This document shows positions 63,703 through 64,000 of a stretch of 64,000 nt of DNA, one piece after another. A program made the translations under genes and the position numbers. Within the stretch, counting starts at the first letter, position 1, and each line of letters begins with the position of its first letter. The notes beneath the pieces were generated by a model. It was not told the origin of the DNA and did no database searches. It saw nothing but the letters and a program-made list of their open reading frames with translations. Source of the stretch: a virus (taxonomy: Duplodnaviria > Caudoviricetes); the IMG/VR virus record IMGVR_UViG_3300037400_003271, positions 8,853 through 72,852 of that record; one strand, given 5' to 3'.

Positions 63703-64000
63703 ATGGAGATTCAAGGAAAAGTTATCGCAAAGCCGGCCTCGAAGACCGGCATCTCACAGAAAGGCCCGTGGAAAAAGGCTTTTCTGGTTATCCGTTACGA
63801 AGAGGGCCAGTACCCGAAGGACATCCTTCTGTCCTGTATGAAGAAGGCGGAAGACTTCGAGCGCGTGCCGATCGGCGCCGTCGGCACATTCCGGTATGAC
63901 AGCCGCGTCGGCAACAAGGACGGGAATTACTTTCAGGACCTCGAGTGCTGGTCCTGGACAACCGGTGCCCAGCAGCCGGCGTACCAGCCGGCGCCCACGC
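63703..64000 (+). CDS. DUF3127-like OB-fold protein (partial, runs off window)
   Basis: MEIQGKVI...GISQKGPWKK...EEGQYPKDI...YFQDLECW. Confidence 0.8.
   Translation, partial: MEIQGKVIAKPASKTGISQKGPWKKAFLVIRYEEGQYPKDILLSCMKKAEDFERVPIGAVGTFRYDSRVGNKDGNYFQDLECWSWTTGAQQPAYQPAPT

Noticed and set aside
1-64000. Stop-codon reassignment or suppressor tRNA
   Set aside because: Genes read intact in code 11, TAG and TGA both terminate well-packed genes, and no suppressor anticodon is present.

Overview
The window is about 64 kb of a tailed (siphovirus-type) phage or prophage. The host is most likely a Bacteroidales bacterium: there are TAnnTTTG promoters, AT-rich leaders without Shine-Dalgarno sites, and a DUF3127-like gene. 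Layout: (1) 1-18 kb rightward: tail chaperones, tape measure, distal tail, a 2224-aa tail/fibre protein with a C-terminal S74-like chaperone, and lysis genes. (2) 18.5-21.8 kb: a rightward cassette of unknown function. (3) 21.9-47.1 kb: a long leftward operon of about 60 mostly small early-type genes, including radical SAM, ASCH-like, SLT, serine recombinase, Dam-type MTase, Gp88-like, SSB, RadC/JAB and two NUMOD4-HNH genes. (4) 47.2-48.5 kb: a repeat-rich divergent non-coding region. (5) 48.6-64 kb rightward: NUMOD1 paralogues, MazG, an RNA gene cluster, primase/helicase and recombination genes, RtcB, VRR-NUC and a TerS-like gene. The most unusual content is RNA. There is a complete tmRNA whose tag frame is 36 codons long. 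There are also four tRNA-shaped RNAs with intact acceptor, D and T arms, none of which has a canonical anticodon arm. One carries a 52-nt structured insert and ends 1 nt before the helicase ATG; another has full alanine acceptor identity. MazG and RtcB lie nearby. All product names come from motif recognition by eye; no database search was run.
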